The notes under the pieces: model-generated
Database searches by the model: none
Told to the model about the DNA's origin: nothing
The model's input: only the letters and a program-made list of their open reading frames with translations
DNA from: a virus
Taxonomy: Duplodnaviria; Caudoviricetes
Length of the DNA stretch: 64,000 nucleotides
Direction: 5' to 3' (one strand)
IMG/VR virus record: IMGVR_UViG_2597489997_000001
Coordinates: 220,758-284,757 of that record
Shown: positions 27,739 to 38,926 of the stretch, piece after piece
How positions within the stretch are numbered: the stretch's first letter is position 1
Layout: every line of letters begins with the position of its first letter
Translations under genes and position numbers: made by a program

Positions 27739-29939
27739 TATCTGTTTAATGGACGACCAGTGAAGATACGAGAAATATCACCCACAATGGAGTCGTTCAC
27801 CACACCTGCAACAGTGGCCGGGTTAAACATGTTCTGAACGTCGTTAGTGAAACGAGTTAAACGTTTGTTCAAGTCATTATAACGAAGTACTGTGTCCAGG
27901 TAGTCAACACCAGCAACACGGTTTACCCAATCGTTATATTTACCGATGTCACCCAAGTAGCGAGAAGACTGCTTAGCAACGTTCAGTAAGTCAAGTGGGT
28001 TAGTCACACGTGCAATAGGAACAGACATTACTTTGTCCAGGTCAGCTACTGTTAAGTTAACACGGCAGTTACGTGGTTTCATATCAGTAGTCCAACCTAA
28101 TGGACCGATACCGAATTCAATTGAACAGTTCTGCACAATACCAGTACGGATGATCGACTTACCACGTTGGAATACTTTCAGTAAGAAAGGTGACGTATAA
28201 GTAGAACCACCTGTTGAGAATGGCACCACGAATGGCATGATCAAACTCAATGGCAAGAACACGTTAGTTGCAATGGAATAAGGATGGGCGTACGGAGCTT
28301 CAAAATAGAAACTGAAGCTTTCACTATGTAAGTTGGTAGTAGAGTCAGACCAGTGTTCTGGAATGTCTACTTTGGAGTTACCTAACAAAGCAAGTGGAAC
28401 GTTACCAATTACAGAACCTGCCGCTAAACCTGCTGCCGCATCTTTGATCTGGTTGACAAAGCCATCAATGATATCAATACCAGTAGCGCCGCCAGACATG
28501 TTAAACTTAAAGTCCTGTACCGCCTGGACCGTGTTGTTAAATGTCGCAGCAACCTGAGATTGAGTAGTGGATGATCCAAAGGAGTCAGATACAGAGCCAG
28601 TTCCTTCAGTACGGAACGTAACCCCATCTAAACCGCCATAGAACCCGTCCATAAGCAGTTGTCCGACTTGACCGAACCAACTAGACTCATCGATGTCATT
28701 AACGTCAGAGAACGATCCTGGGAGTGTTCCTGACAGATCAGGAGATGCACCTGTGTTAGCGCCATCACTACTACCTGGGTTATTATTAACCCCGTAGGAC
28801 TCCGCTCCGTATTTGGTTTGGAGATCTGTGATGGAAACACCTGGATTACCCGTAGCTTTAGCAGCGGATTCAGGTTTGATGTTAACACCGGCATCACGGC
28901 TAGTATATGCAGAGGCTACTTCAGGATAAGAGATTTCATCAAGACCACGAGAAGCACCAACTGTTTTCAACTCTTCCATCAAGTAGTCGCGCGTATTCGT
29001 ACCCGCAGCAAAACCACTGTTGGCGTTGACAAACCCAGAGTCCTTCATCAGACCAGTCAGTATGCCTTCGATCTCTCTATCTTTATCCTTAACTGTTTTA
29101 ATGCCAGCACGATCATCCAAGTCCTTCACTTTCTTCATGAAGTAACGGAACTTACGAACACCACGAGTGGAGATCTTAAGAATGTCGATCGTACCATCTT
29201 TGTTAATCGCATCAGGGAAGAGACTGTGCATGTAAGAGATGTTATCTTTAGCTGCACGAGAATCACTGACGTAACCTTTCTGCCCACCTGCACCGAAGTC
29301 ACGGTCGCCCGCTTTGGTATTACCCTGGTCAGGACGTTCATAAGGAAGAACTGTCAATGCGTAACCCGCAGCAACCATCAGGTCGTTAAAGATACCCTGA
29401 GCTGCTGTGAAGTACATCCCCTGAGTTGGTTTACAATAATACCATTTGTTCTTTGGTACCGTAGACAGGAACTCAAAGAAGTTAAAAGAGGTAGCCATGA
29501 TCTGGGCTGGCCAAAACGCAATAGCACCTGCTGCCTGACCGATATAGAACGCCCAAGTCGGAGCACGACCTTTGTTAGCCATTACTGCTGCTGAATAATC
29601 GAACATGTTGAGGATAAACGTAATCATCCCCGTGAACTCAGCAACGCCAGCTGTCAAGGTAACGCCTTGAGCATTATCATGGTGGATACGTTTATAGTAT
29701 CGTCCCATATTACCCAACCGGTTTTCAATCATCGGTTTGGGGTAGGGGTCTGTGTTACGACCAAAGCCTGGTAATGGGTTTATAAACTTGCTGTCACCGA
29801 TTGCAGTGGAAAAGAAACTCGTGTAGAGATCGTAGTCTGAACGAATCAGTACTTTCTCAGGATCACGCACACCATCGCTCATAATACGGAATGAACGGCT
29901 GATGATGTTCTCGTCCCTGTATGGAAGTTTTATACTCAT
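27738..29939 (-). CDS. tail/baseplate structural protein (phiKZ gp182-like)
   Basis: About 733 aa; IPEHWSDS, APYAHPYS, YTSPFL motifs; directly downstream of the giant tail lysin; ATG 29939 behind GAGG. Confidence 0.7.
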   Translation of the reverse strand: MSIKLPYRDENIISRSFRIMSDGVRDPEKVLIRSDYDLYTSFFSTAIGDSKFINPLPGFGRNTDPYPKPMIENRLGNMGRYYKRIHHDNAQGVTLTAGVAEFTGMITFILNMFDYSAAVMANKGRAPTWAFYIGQAAGAIAFWPAQIMATSFNFFEFLSTVPKNKWYYCKPTQGMYFTAAQGIFNDLMVAAGYALTVLPYERPDQGNTKAGDRDFGAGGQKGYVSDSRAAKDNISYMHSLFPDAINKDGTIDILKISTRGVRKFRYFMKKVKDLDDRAGIKTVKDKDREIEGILTGLMKDSGFVNANSGFAAGTNTRDYLMEELKTVGASRGLDEISYPEVASAYTSRDAGVNIKPESAAKATGNPGVSITDLQTKYGAESYGVNNNPGSSDGANTGASPDLSGTLPGSFSDVNDIDESSWFGQVGQLLMDGFYGGLDGVTFRTEGTGSVSDSFGSSTTQSQVAATFNNTVQAVQDFKFNMSGGATGIDIIDGFVNQIKDAAAGLAAGSVIGNVPLALLGNSKVDIPEHWSDSTTNLHSESFSFYFEAPYAHPYSIATNVFLPLSLIMPFVVPFSTGGSTYTSPFLLKVFQRGKSIIRTGIVQNCSIEFGIGPLGWTTDMKPRNCRVNLTVADLDKVMSVPIARVTNPLDLLNVAKQSSRYLGDIGKYNDWVNRVAGVDYLDTVLRYNDLNKRLTRFTNDVQNMFNPATVAGVVNDSIVGDISRIFTGRPLNR

Positions 29940-29981
29940 TGATAACCTCAAAGAAGAAGGGGACCGAAGTCCCCACCTTTA

Positions 29982-32900
29982 TTACATATTAACCATTCCG
30001 CCCCCATTAACGGATTGCTCAAGCAGTCTAACGATCTGCGCGAGTTTAGCGTCACTGGACTGTGCAATGGTTGCAAGTGCTGCATCTCGACTAGCCTGAG
30101 CTTGGTCGTTAACCGCTGCCGGAGAAGGCTGTGGGCTAGATGCTGGTCTTTCTGTTTGTTTAACAGGAGTGACTTTAACAGGAGCAGCTGCCGCAGCACC
30201 AGAAGAAGAACTTGCACCCGTAGGTGGTTCTTTATCGGAACTAGGACTAGCGCTTGCACTACTTCCACTCGTTGGAGAGGAACCTGTTGAACTGGCTGCA
30301 CTTGCTGAAGATGCATCGCTAGCCGGGTCTATTGTTGATGCAGAACCTGTTGGAGCTGGTCCGCCTACATTAGATGGTGCGTTGTTAGCATCTGTTTGGG
30401 CTATGAGGTCTTTAACTGCACCCGCCCCAGTTGGTTTAACGATATCCGCCGTAGTGTCTACGTGGTCTTTAGGGACGTTCTTATCTGGCTCAGCTGGAGT
30501 TTCAGTTTCAGGAGCTGCTGGTTGTTCTGCTGCTCCGCCACCACCGATATCCATATCACCACTACGAAGTTTATTCAGGTATTCGTTATAGTACTTACGA
30601 CGCTCGTCAGTTGCTGGAACTGCGTTACCACCGTTAATACCACGAACCGCTGTATCGAAGTCACCTGTCTTAGCAATAGACAACATCGCTTTGTTGTTCT
30701 TGAGGAAGTTAACAGCAGACTGTGCCATTACGTTTGGATCCTCAGAAACAAGACGAGGGTTCTTAACAACGTCAATCCCTGTTTCCCGTTTAAACTTCTC
30801 GTAGTTAGCTTTACCTGTCAATTGGAACAATCCACGCCCACGATATAACCAACCGTCTTCTGGTTTGGTGTTACCGAGAGAAGGACCCTTAGGAGCACGA
30901 CCGTAAACATACATCGCACGTTCTGCTGGAGACATCGCTGCAACTTTCTGTGCGGTAGCTTGGTCAGGAATGTTCTTGAAGTATTTAAGTAAGGTTGGGG
31001 CAGACCAGTTGGTATTTTCGACAGTCGCCTGATAACCGCCTGTTTCTTTCTTAGCCATAGCTAATGCAAGAGCCAGAACTTTGTTATCACGGAAACCTGC
31101 TTTCACTAAGTGATTCAGCATGAGCTGCTCACCTTGTTCCAGACTCATCTTAATACCTTTGTCTTCTCCTGCCATCTTGATGAATTCAGGGTTGAAGTTC
31201 TCGTTAGCTGTACCTGTAAAGGCACCCGCTGAACCAGCACCACCACCTGGAGCCGACATGGTTGCGTTTGGAGTATAACCACCGCTAGCACCACTTGCTC
31301 CACCGAACCCAGCAAAACCAGAATCATTACTGGTAGATGTTGCACCAGTTTGACCCCCAGCGAAACCACCGCCGTAAACTTCAGCAAGTACTTTGTCAGT
31401 ATCTGCTTTACGTTTGGCAGCTTGAGCACGTTGCTCTGGATCTTCGCCGTCTGCACCTTTACTCTTCTCAGCTTCCATCTCTGGATCTTTCAGTCTAGCT
31501 TCTTGCGCTTTGGCATCCAAGATTTTCAGATACTTATCAGCACGGTCAGCCCACTTACCAGATTTAGAGTTAGGGAATGGAGAAGCTTCAATTTCCCATA
31601 CAGTCATCTGCTTATCACCAACAGTCACAAGTTGTTCTGTTAGCTGACGAGCAATGATTGCTTTGTTGGTAGCAGTAAGTTGTTTCCACCCACGTTCAGG
31701 AACAACACCACGTGACTTCTTAATCTCCTTGAAGTAAGTCATCATGACAGGCAGGAAACGATCCCTGAACCATGTCAGCCAGTTAGTGGCCGCGATATCG
31801 CTATCTATACGGAATGAAGGTTTGAACAGTTCGAGAACTTGACCTGACTTACCAGTGAATCGAGCATCATCACCTATAACCATAATGAAGCTTTCGAGGT
31901 AACGTTCTAAACGCAACACAGCTTCAACACGCCAAGACATGTTATCGATGTTACCGTATGCTGCTAAACGAGCCATTACAAACGGATCCATTTCCTGGTC
32001 TTTCCCAGCGATCATGTCTGACACATCAATGGTCTTGACTTCAGCAGGAGTTTGGAACTTCTTACCTAATGCATCCTGAGATGCACGTGCGGCAGCAGCA
32101 CCAAGTGCGTCCTGAGCACCCATCTCAGCATTTGGGATATCCGTATTGGTTTTCCCACCTGCTTTGGTGGCAGCATCAGTCTGAACAGTCGTAGCGATTT
32201 TCTCAACGGACTCAATAGGGGAAGGAATCAACTCTCTTAACTGAGCTAACTTCTTGTCCACCATTTGTTTCGTTGAAGCATCGTCCATGGTTCCGGTACG
32301 ACTATCAATGCGAACGTTGATGTTGTATGGATAAGGGTCGAGTGTAGCGATGGATTGCTGTACACGTTCGATGATCTGAATTACGTCATACGAGTTAGAC
32401 TTGTCAAACTCAACAATGTCACCCATACGTGCAACGGAGATAGCTGCGGTGTAGATCAGATAGATTGGTTTAAAGCGAGCAACAAACCAAGTCTCGATAG
32501 CATCCTTATCTCTCCAGTTACCTGGGTCGGCATTCATGAACTGTGTGAGGAGTTCTTCGACCGGAGTGTCTTCTTTGAAGCTACCACGGTTATTACGAAT
32601 GACAACATAAGGATAAATAAGTTTCTCAAGTAACATGACACGACGCGCAAGGGAGTTATCAACACTAGGGAGACCGTACATGGCAAAACGTACTTCTTTT
32701 TGTTTTGTCATCTTGTTGTCTTTATCCGTAGCTGTCCCGTACCCGTCTTTGTTTCTAACTATCCCTTTAATCTCATCTTCATGAGCTTCCATTTCGTCAC
32801 GTTTAAAGAAGAACTTATTATCAGAAGAATAGAAGAGACCATAGTTGTTCAGAGTGGAAACAGTTTCAGAGTTAGCCTGACTCATAAGAGCATCAACAAC

Positions 32901-35900
32901 CATACCCTGAGGTAACCAATCGGTTAATGCTTCAACCGCTGCGTCACCACCTGTACGGTAGTGTCCGGTAACTGGATCACGTTCGCCAATGGAAACATCT
33001 GAACCGCGAGTTGCGGAAACCGGATCTTCTAAATCCGAGTCTTCATCATCGCTGAACATATCCAGGCCAACTGCACCAGCGCCCATCGCTAAGGAAGTCC
33101 CGATCAAACCACGACCGAATCCTCTACGACCACCACCTGCCCCACGTCTACTACCCGCACCTTTCTTCTTCTTACGCTTACCAGACTGGCCACGCTGGTC
33201 AGGAGGACCCATACCGTCGCCACCCATTCCACCTAAACCACCGGCGGCACGTTTACCCAGGAAAGCAGCACCCAGTGCTTTGAACCCCCACTTGAGCAAC
33301 TTATAGATAGGAGAAGTTAAACCAAGTACACCACTGAACAATGCAGACCCGATCTTACCAAGTCTTCCCATTGATGCAGCAAGTGAGCCACCAACCATAC
33401 CAACGCCAGACATTAATAGTCCGCCGATAGTACCGAGTGGGTTCTTGATCAAGTTCATGGCGAAACCACCAAGTCCTTTGGCCATACCTAATAAGGTACC
33501 GAACAATCCTTTCTTCTCGCCCTTCTCTTCTTTGTCGCCTTTCAGGTCACCCATTGATTCAGAGATATTGATGATAGCTTGGTTAACCTTATGCTTCTCA
33601 TCTTTCTCTTTCTTCTTAGCCTTCCAAGCCAAGGAGTTCAAACGGAACCCTGCACCTGCTCCGCCACCCGCGTCATCATCACCAGTAGAACCGGTAGGAT
33701 CAGATTCCATCGGGATGTCCATGTACTGAGACATCATGCGATAGATTTTATCTAAACGTTTTTCAACGCCAGACTGTCCACCGAAACCAGGCATCTTCAG
33801 ACCCCGAGAAGATTTCTCAGTCTCGTCACCTGCGGCTCCAGGTGCTGCGCGATTGTATCCAACACGGCTGAGAGCCCAATCCAATCCAAGCTTACCCATT
33901 GCCGCTGCACCGCCAGCCATAGTACTAGCCATAGTGCCCAGATTACGTACAGCAGTACCTGTAGAGGTGACCAGTCCGGAGTTATATTCATCCTCAGTAA
34001 CCAGTTGGTTACCTTCGTCATCATAGACTGGACCATTGATTTCATTCCAACCAGTTAACGGTTTGGTGTTACCATTCTCATCACGAGTGAAGTAACTTCC
34101 ATCTTTAAAGCCAGCTGCTTTCAATAATGGTTTCTTCGGATTAGCCTTGGAGTAGATGTCCTGTTGGTACATCATGTCCTTGCTCATCTGAATAGTGTTC
34201 TTGATACGAGTAAATGGATCAAGGAAGTTGAATGCTTTCTGACCACTTTCTCTTAAGAACCGTAAACCTTTGAGAGCAACTTCACGACCATCTGGACCGA
34301 AGATTTTACCTGCTAATTCTTTTGCCCCAATAGTGGTGCGCTCAGCAGTGTCATAGATAGGACCTTTAACTTCGTCCCAAGTCTGAATAACCTTCTTCGT
34401 TGATGCGTCGATGTAATGACCCATGTTCTTCTTAGCCGCTTTGAGGATTGGTTCCCCGGTAGCATCTAAGATATCCTCTTCCTCACCAGGACCATCGCCC
34501 ATTGCAGAAGAGATTTGGTTACGACCTTTCCATTGAACGTAAGCCCCAGCCATTAATCCAATACCACCAATACTGGCAGCCATTAATGGGTTAGATGCAA
34601 AGGAAGCACCAAGTGAACCTAACAGACCACCAATGATCAGTGGGTTGTTTCTCATGAGAAGGTCTACACCTTTACCCATGACGTCACCAGGCATTACCTT
34701 GCGGAACTTCTGAACCAGTGAGTCTTTAGCTGCATCTTCCTGACGTTGCTCAGTTTTGCTCTTAGGAGCACCACCAACCAACTGACCAGCTTTTGCTAAG
34801 TCCAGTAAATTACCGAACATGCCATTAAGCTCACCCATGCGATCTAAGATCCCACGGTTACTTTCCTTTATATCAGTAATCTCACCAGAGTAGGTATCGA
34901 AGTTAGCTGATGTAGAAGAAGTAGGTTCACCTGGACGAATAGCGCCAATGGTCTCATTAAGTTTACTCAGAGTTTCATTCAACTCCGGATAAGGGTTTTG
35001 AGTTGGAGCTGGTTTACCAGTGCCAGTGTTAAGGTTGATGTCTGAACGGTTCTTGCCAGTGACATCAGAACCAGGAGGCATCCCACGTAAAGCTGGGTTA
35101 TTCGGGTCATCCATATACTGAGCGAAACGATCATGGAATATCTGCATGTTAATGCGATCCATACCGTTCTCTGTATAAATGACACCCAGGTCACGAAGCA
35201 TCTGTTCGTTACCAGTAGAACGAAGTAAGTCAATACGCTCAGCAACGTTCGGGAAGTTCTGTTTAATGTTTGCTGCCGAAGCAGAAACAGTATTCAGTCT
35301 TTCACGACCTTCGGCTGTTGGCATGTTGATCATGCGCTTCATTCTGTCCATACCACTGGACTTATTAAAACCTTCAACGTCGTCAGTGCTAATACCAAAA
35401 TGACGCATCAGCATCGCACGGACTTCATCTTGGTTAGACTTACTCATCCCAGGAATTTCACCGAGATAATAGTAAGGGTTGAAACCTTTCTCTGTATCGA
35501 TGTCTTTGGCTACTTGCAAAGCGAATGCCTTACGAGCGCCGCCGGACAACATCTTATCAGGATCGAGTTCATCAACCAGCTGCAATGCAGAAGAAGAGAA
35601 ACGTTGGAAGTCAGCATGAGGCATTAGGTCAGCTGCAACTGCAATACGTTTATTGGTCGTTGTTTGGAACTGACCACGCATGTAGTTATAACTGGTGTCT
35701 TCTACATCATCATTACCAGTACGGAGTTTTTCAATGTTTGTGTTGATCTTAGTCAGCAAACCAGGAAGAACTTCGTTTAGGGTGATGTTGTTGATCTCTT
35801 TCCAGATACCTGGTTGAGTGAGATCCTTAACGTTCTTACGAGACATGACATATTGAGTGCCACGAGTCTTTGTAACGTCCGACATCAGTTTGTTGATTGC

Positions 35901-37280
35901 TTCCTTGCCTTTGTTACCGGCTGAGTTCATCGCCATCCACAGACCCTTAGGGACTGCTTTCTGACCAGGCTTTAATTGGCTAACGTAATCATCGTAATCC
36001 ATGTACTTCATTTCGTCCAATGGTTGCCAGTTGTCAGCCATTGAGTTCATGAGTCCCATGCCAGATGTGGAAGCGTAGGAAACGATATTACCCATGTCGG
36101 TAACTTGTTTCACTTGCGCCTTGATCCAAGAAGCATGTTCAGGATATTTACGAGATAGGTTCTCAACCATCTTCTTACCAGGACCCCTAGTAAAGAAGAT
36201 AGGTAACTGGTCTACAGCAACACCAGCGACCACCTTACCAATTACGTTACCGATTGCTCCGCGTGACATACCGCCATCACCGGACATCTCTAAACCTTGA
36301 GCAACTGTACCAAGTAGGTCACCCATTACACCGTAAGCGCCTTTACGGTTTTCTTCACTGAAACGATCACGCAGTAAACCAGTAACACCGCCCATACGTT
36401 TACCGGCAGTGGAAAACAGTTTATTACGGATATAGTTCTTAGAAGCGGTCAGGGTGGAAGTCTTCTCGTAATCACTCAATGCTGAGTTACGAGCGATCTT
36501 CTTCAGTTCAGCAACTTCAGCATGGATACCAGCTTCCATGAACTTATAGAACTTGGCATCCTGTACATAACTCCGGGCCAGCAAGTTGATCTTGGCTTGG
36601 TCCATCTTGGCTTGTACGTTTCTTTGGTAAGCCAGGATGTCTTTCATAGTTCCTTCTATGTTGACAAGCTGACGGTTACCTGCTCCGATAGAAGACTGTA
36701 AGGCCGCAGTAGCTGCGACGGTCATTCCGTTAAGAGACTCTGATAAAGCATTAAACATTGAGGACTGAGAAGTGACTGAACTATCAATTGCTTGATCTAC
36801 ATCGTCATCACTTGTGTAGTCCATTCTGTCTTTGAATCTGTCACTCGACTGTCCGTCCAGCGATTCCCAAGAGGAGAAGTCTTTCTGACTGAAAGAAACC
36901 AATCCACCACTCATAAAGCCTGGAAGCTTTGAACCCATTTTACGGTTCAGGCTGCCTGCAATGCTTTGTAAGGATTTGACGGATTGGGCATTTTCCTCTT
37001 TGAACTCAATAGCAAGTTCGTCGATACGGTCTTTTACGAAAGAGACTTTATCAAGGGCGTTATTGAACGAGCTAGGAAGGAGAGTTCTGGTTGTTCTCAT
37101 ACGAGCCGCACCAGAGCCCACTGTTTCATTAACGAGTCCAGATAAGAATCCAGTTGTTAACCCGCTAATGAAACCCTTCTTAGCGAACGGATCAGAACTA
37201 AAATCCGTGTCGAAGTCGAGTTCGCCTGCAAAGGGATCTGCATCCCAGTCCATGCCGAAATCGAAATCATCGCTTGCCAT
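29982..37280 (-). CDS. giant tail-associated protein with C-terminal GH19 peptidoglycan hydrolase (phiKZ gp181 / OBP gp276-like)
   Basis: 2432 aa; KETGG...EN, YG...LGN...DGWLYRGRGLFQLTGKANY, INGG GH19 motifs at about 30570-31140; helical and Gly-rich tape-measure-like body. Confidence 0.9.
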   Translation of the reverse strand: MASDDFDFGMDWDADPFAGELDFDTDFSSDPFAKKGFISGLTTGFLSGLVNETVGSGAARMRTTRTLLPSSFNNALDKVSFVKDRIDELAIEFKEENAQSVKSLQSIAGSLNRKMGSKLPGFMSGGLVSFSQKDFSSWESLDGQSSDRFKDRMDYTSDDDVDQAIDSSVTSQSSMFNALSESLNGMTVAATAALQSSIGAGNRQLVNIEGTMKDILAYQRNVQAKMDQAKINLLARSYVQDAKFYKFMEAGIHAEVAELKKIARNSALSDYEKTSTLTASKNYIRNKLFSTAGKRMGGVTGLLRDRFSEENRKGAYGVMGDLLGTVAQGLEMSGDGGMSRGAIGNVIGKVVAGVAVDQLPIFFTRGPGKKMVENLSRKYPEHASWIKAQVKQVTDMGNIVSYASTSGMGLMNSMADNWQPLDEMKYMDYDDYVSQLKPGQKAVPKGLWMAMNSAGNKGKEAINKLMSDVTKTRGTQYVMSRKNVKDLTQPGIWKEINNITLNEVLPGLLTKINTNIEKLRTGNDDVEDTSYNYMRGQFQTTTNKRIAVAADLMPHADFQRFSSSALQLVDELDPDKMLSGGARKAFALQVAKDIDTEKGFNPYYYLGEIPGMSKSNQDEVRAMLMRHFGISTDDVEGFNKSSGMDRMKRMINMPTAEGRERLNTVSASAANIKQNFPNVAERIDLLRSTGNEQMLRDLGVIYTENGMDRINMQIFHDRFAQYMDDPNNPALRGMPPGSDVTGKNRSDINLNTGTGKPAPTQNPYPELNETLSKLNETIGAIRPGEPTSSTSANFDTYSGEITDIKESNRGILDRMGELNGMFGNLLDLAKAGQLVGGAPKSKTEQRQEDAAKDSLVQKFRKVMPGDVMGKGVDLLMRNNPLIIGGLLGSLGASFASNPLMAASIGGIGLMAGAYVQWKGRNQISSAMGDGPGEEEDILDATGEPILKAAKKNMGHYIDASTKKVIQTWDEVKGPIYDTAERTTIGAKELAGKIFGPDGREVALKGLRFLRESGQKAFNFLDPFTRIKNTIQMSKDMMYQQDIYSKANPKKPLLKAAGFKDGSYFTRDENGNTKPLTGWNEINGPVYDDEGNQLVTEDEYNSGLVTSTGTAVRNLGTMASTMAGGAAAMGKLGLDWALSRVGYNRAAPGAAGDETEKSSRGLKMPGFGGQSGVEKRLDKIYRMMSQYMDIPMESDPTGSTGDDDAGGGAGAGFRLNSLAWKAKKKEKDEKHKVNQAIINISESMGDLKGDKEEKGEKKGLFGTLLGMAKGLGGFAMNLIKNPLGTIGGLLMSGVGMVGGSLAASMGRLGKIGSALFSGVLGLTSPIYKLLKWGFKALGAAFLGKRAAGGLGGMGGDGMGPPDQRGQSGKRKKKKGAGSRRGAGGGRRGFGRGLIGTSLAMGAGAVGLDMFSDDEDSDLEDPVSATRGSDVSIGERDPVTGHYRTGGDAAVEALTDWLPQGMVVDALMSQANSETVSTLNNYGLFYSSDNKFFFKRDEMEAHEDEIKGIVRNKDGYGTATDKDNKMTKQKEVRFAMYGLPSVDNSLARRVMLLEKLIYPYVVIRNNRGSFKEDTPVEELLTQFMNADPGNWRDKDAIETWFVARFKPIYLIYTAAISVARMGDIVEFDKSNSYDVIQIIERVQQSIATLDPYPYNINVRIDSRTGTMDDASTKQMVDKKLAQLRELIPSPIESVEKIATTVQTDAATKAGGKTNTDIPNAEMGAQDALGAAAARASQDALGKKFQTPAEVKTIDVSDMIAGKDQEMDPFVMARLAAYGNIDNMSWRVEAVLRLERYLESFIMVIGDDARFTGKSGQVLELFKPSFRIDSDIAATNWLTWFRDRFLPVMMTYFKEIKKSRGVVPERGWKQLTATNKAIIARQLTEQLVTVGDKQMTVWEIEASPFPNSKSGKWADRADKYLKILDAKAQEARLKDPEMEAEKSKGADGEDPEQRAQAAKRKADTDKVLAEVYGGGFAGGQTGATSTSNDSGFAGFGGASGASGGYTPNATMSAPGGGAGSAGAFTGTANENFNPEFIKMAGEDKGIKMSLEQGEQLMLNHLVKAGFRDNKVLALALAMAKKETGGYQATVENTNWSAPTLLKYFKNIPDQATAQKVAAMSPAERAMYVYGRAPKGPSLGNTKPEDGWLYRGRGLFQLTGKANYEKFKRETGIDVVKNPRLVSEDPNVMAQSAVNFLKNNKAMLSIAKTGDFDTAVRGINGGNAVPATDERRKYYNEYLNKLRSGDMDIGGGGAAEQPAAPETETPAEPDKNVPKDHVDTTADIVKPTGAGAVKDLIAQTDANNAPSNVGGPAPTGSASTIDPASDASSASAASSTGSSPTSGSSASASPSSDKEPPTGASSSSGAAAAAPVKVTPVKQTERPASSPQPSPAAVNDQAQASRDAALATIAQSSDAKLAQIVRLLEQSVNGGGMVNM

Positions 37281-37309
37281 ATTTTACCCTCATTTAGGAT
37301 ATTTCAGTA

Positions 37310-38926
37310 ATGAGTAGAAACCCAACTAACTTTACCTTATTAGACCCTAATAAGGTACCCTGGCCATTGATGAAGCGAGTTACTGTCGCTGATACCTTTG
37401 AAGGCCAGACAAGTAACTTGCATGATGAAGGTCTTTATTCTACAACTATCTTCGGACGAGTTGGTACCGATGAACGTGATAAGACCGAATCCTACATCGA
37501 TGTAACTCTCCCTATTTTTAACCCTACGTATTTCAAAGCACTGGTCCAATTGAAAGGATTGTACGGAGAAATCATAAAGGGTAAGACATATGCCGTCTGG
37601 GATGAAGCGGAGAAGGATTTCATAAAATCTAACATCCTGGAAGGTGATACAGGTTATGCCTTCTTTATGTCTCACTTCTACGAGCTTGATCCCAAACAGA
37701 ACGAGTCATTTAAACGTAAACAGAAGATCGACCTTGTAGAAATTTTTAAAGATCGAGCGCTGTCGAGTAAGATACTCGTTATGCCAGCTGGTATCCGTGA
37801 TATCGAGATCGGGCCTGTTGTTTCTGAGAACGAGATCAACGACCTTTATCGTAAACTGATCTTCCGTAGTAAGTCTCTGAACGTTAAGAACATTGACTTA
37901 ACCGATCCAGTCTATGATAACATCCGTTGGGGATTACAAGAGTCCTTTAACAACATCGCAGACTTCCTCTTTAATATGCAGGAAGGTAAACGTGGTTTCA
38001 TGCAGCGTCGCATGGCACGTCGTTCTGTGTTTGGGGCTACGCGTAACGTAATCACCTCTCGTAAAGTTTCTGTTGAGAACTGTGATGATAACGTCACAGG
38101 CGATCCTAACTCAACCATCATCGGTTTGTATCAAGCTTTACTGGGCTTCAACCTTGTTGCTATCCACGAACTCACCAATGGCTTCCTGAGCGAAGTATTT
38201 ACTCCAGGCATGGCAATGGCTCGGTTGGTAGATCCAAGAACACTGAGAAGCACCTACGTTGATGTAGATCCACTGGTGGTAGATAAGTTCACCTCCTCTG
38301 ATGGCTTAACCAGTTTGTTCAACGGGTACAGTTCACCACAGCTTCGTAACCGCGATATCAAAGTAGCCGGTCATTACCTTGGGCTGGTTTATGATGATGG
38401 TCAGAACGTTATGCTTCTGCATGATATTGATGACCTGCCTGATGGTTTTGACAAGAAGCTTGTTCGTCCAGTAACTTATACTCAGTTCTTCTATATGCAG
38501 TGTGTAGGAGCAATTGAGAAGAAGATGTTACAAGTTACTCGATACCCAATTACTGGGATAGGTTCCATCTACCCGAGTCGTGTATTCGTCATGCCAACTA
38601 ACTCAACGTCAAGTTCGAGATCTCTGTTGGACATTGATGGGAACACTGTTCTCCAACGTTTCAATTACTTCCCTACCTACACGAAGAACCCAAGCTACTT
38701 TGACGGTATGTCCATTGCGAACATCCGTTTAGGTCTGGCAGGTGGTGACTTCGATGGTGACGCCTTATCGGCGAACTCCATTATGGCAGAGGACTCAATC
38801 CGTGAGATTGAGGAAGTGTTTGGTAAACGAGACTTTTATATCTCGGGTGCAGGTGACTTCTTATATGACCCTGTACAGGAACCTCATGAATTCCTTTTAC
38901 GTTCATTAACTAACGGGTTGGCATAA
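37310..38926 (+). CDS. virion RNA polymerase beta' subunit piece with catalytic loop (phiKZ gp180-like)
   Basis: EGLYS..IFG, VMPAGIRD, KRGFM...R, RNVIT, TRYP, GGDFDGD. Confidence 0.92.
   Translation: MSRNPTNFTLLDPNKVPWPLMKRVTVADTFEGQTSNLHDEGLYSTTIFGRVGTDERDKTESYIDVTLPIFNPTYFKALVQLKGLYGEIIKGKTYAVWDEAEKDFIKSNILEGDTGYAFFMSHFYELDPKQNESFKRKQKIDLVEIFKDRALSSKILVMPAGIRDIEIGPVVSENEINDLYRKLIFRSKSLNVKNIDLTDPVYDNIRWGLQESFNNIADFLFNMQEGKRGFMQRRMARRSVFGATRNVITSRKVSVENCDDNVTGDPNSTIIGLYQALLGFNLVAIHELTNGFLSEVFTPGMAMARLVDPRTLRSTYVDVDPLVVDKFTSSDGLTSLFNGYSSPQLRNRDIKVAGHYLGLVYDDGQNVMLLHDIDDLPDGFDKKLVRPVTYTQFFYMQCVGAIEKKMLQVTRYPITGIGSIYPSRVFVMPTNSTSSSRSLLDIDGNTVLQRFNYFPTYTKNPSYFDGMSIANIRLGLAGGDFDGDALSANSIMAEDSIREIEEVFGKRDFYISGAGDFLYDPVQEPHEFLLRSLTNGLA

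Noticed and set aside
29948-30591. Overlapping ORFs at the 3' end of the tail lysin
   Set aside because: Artefacts of the low-complexity Ser/Ala/Pro tail
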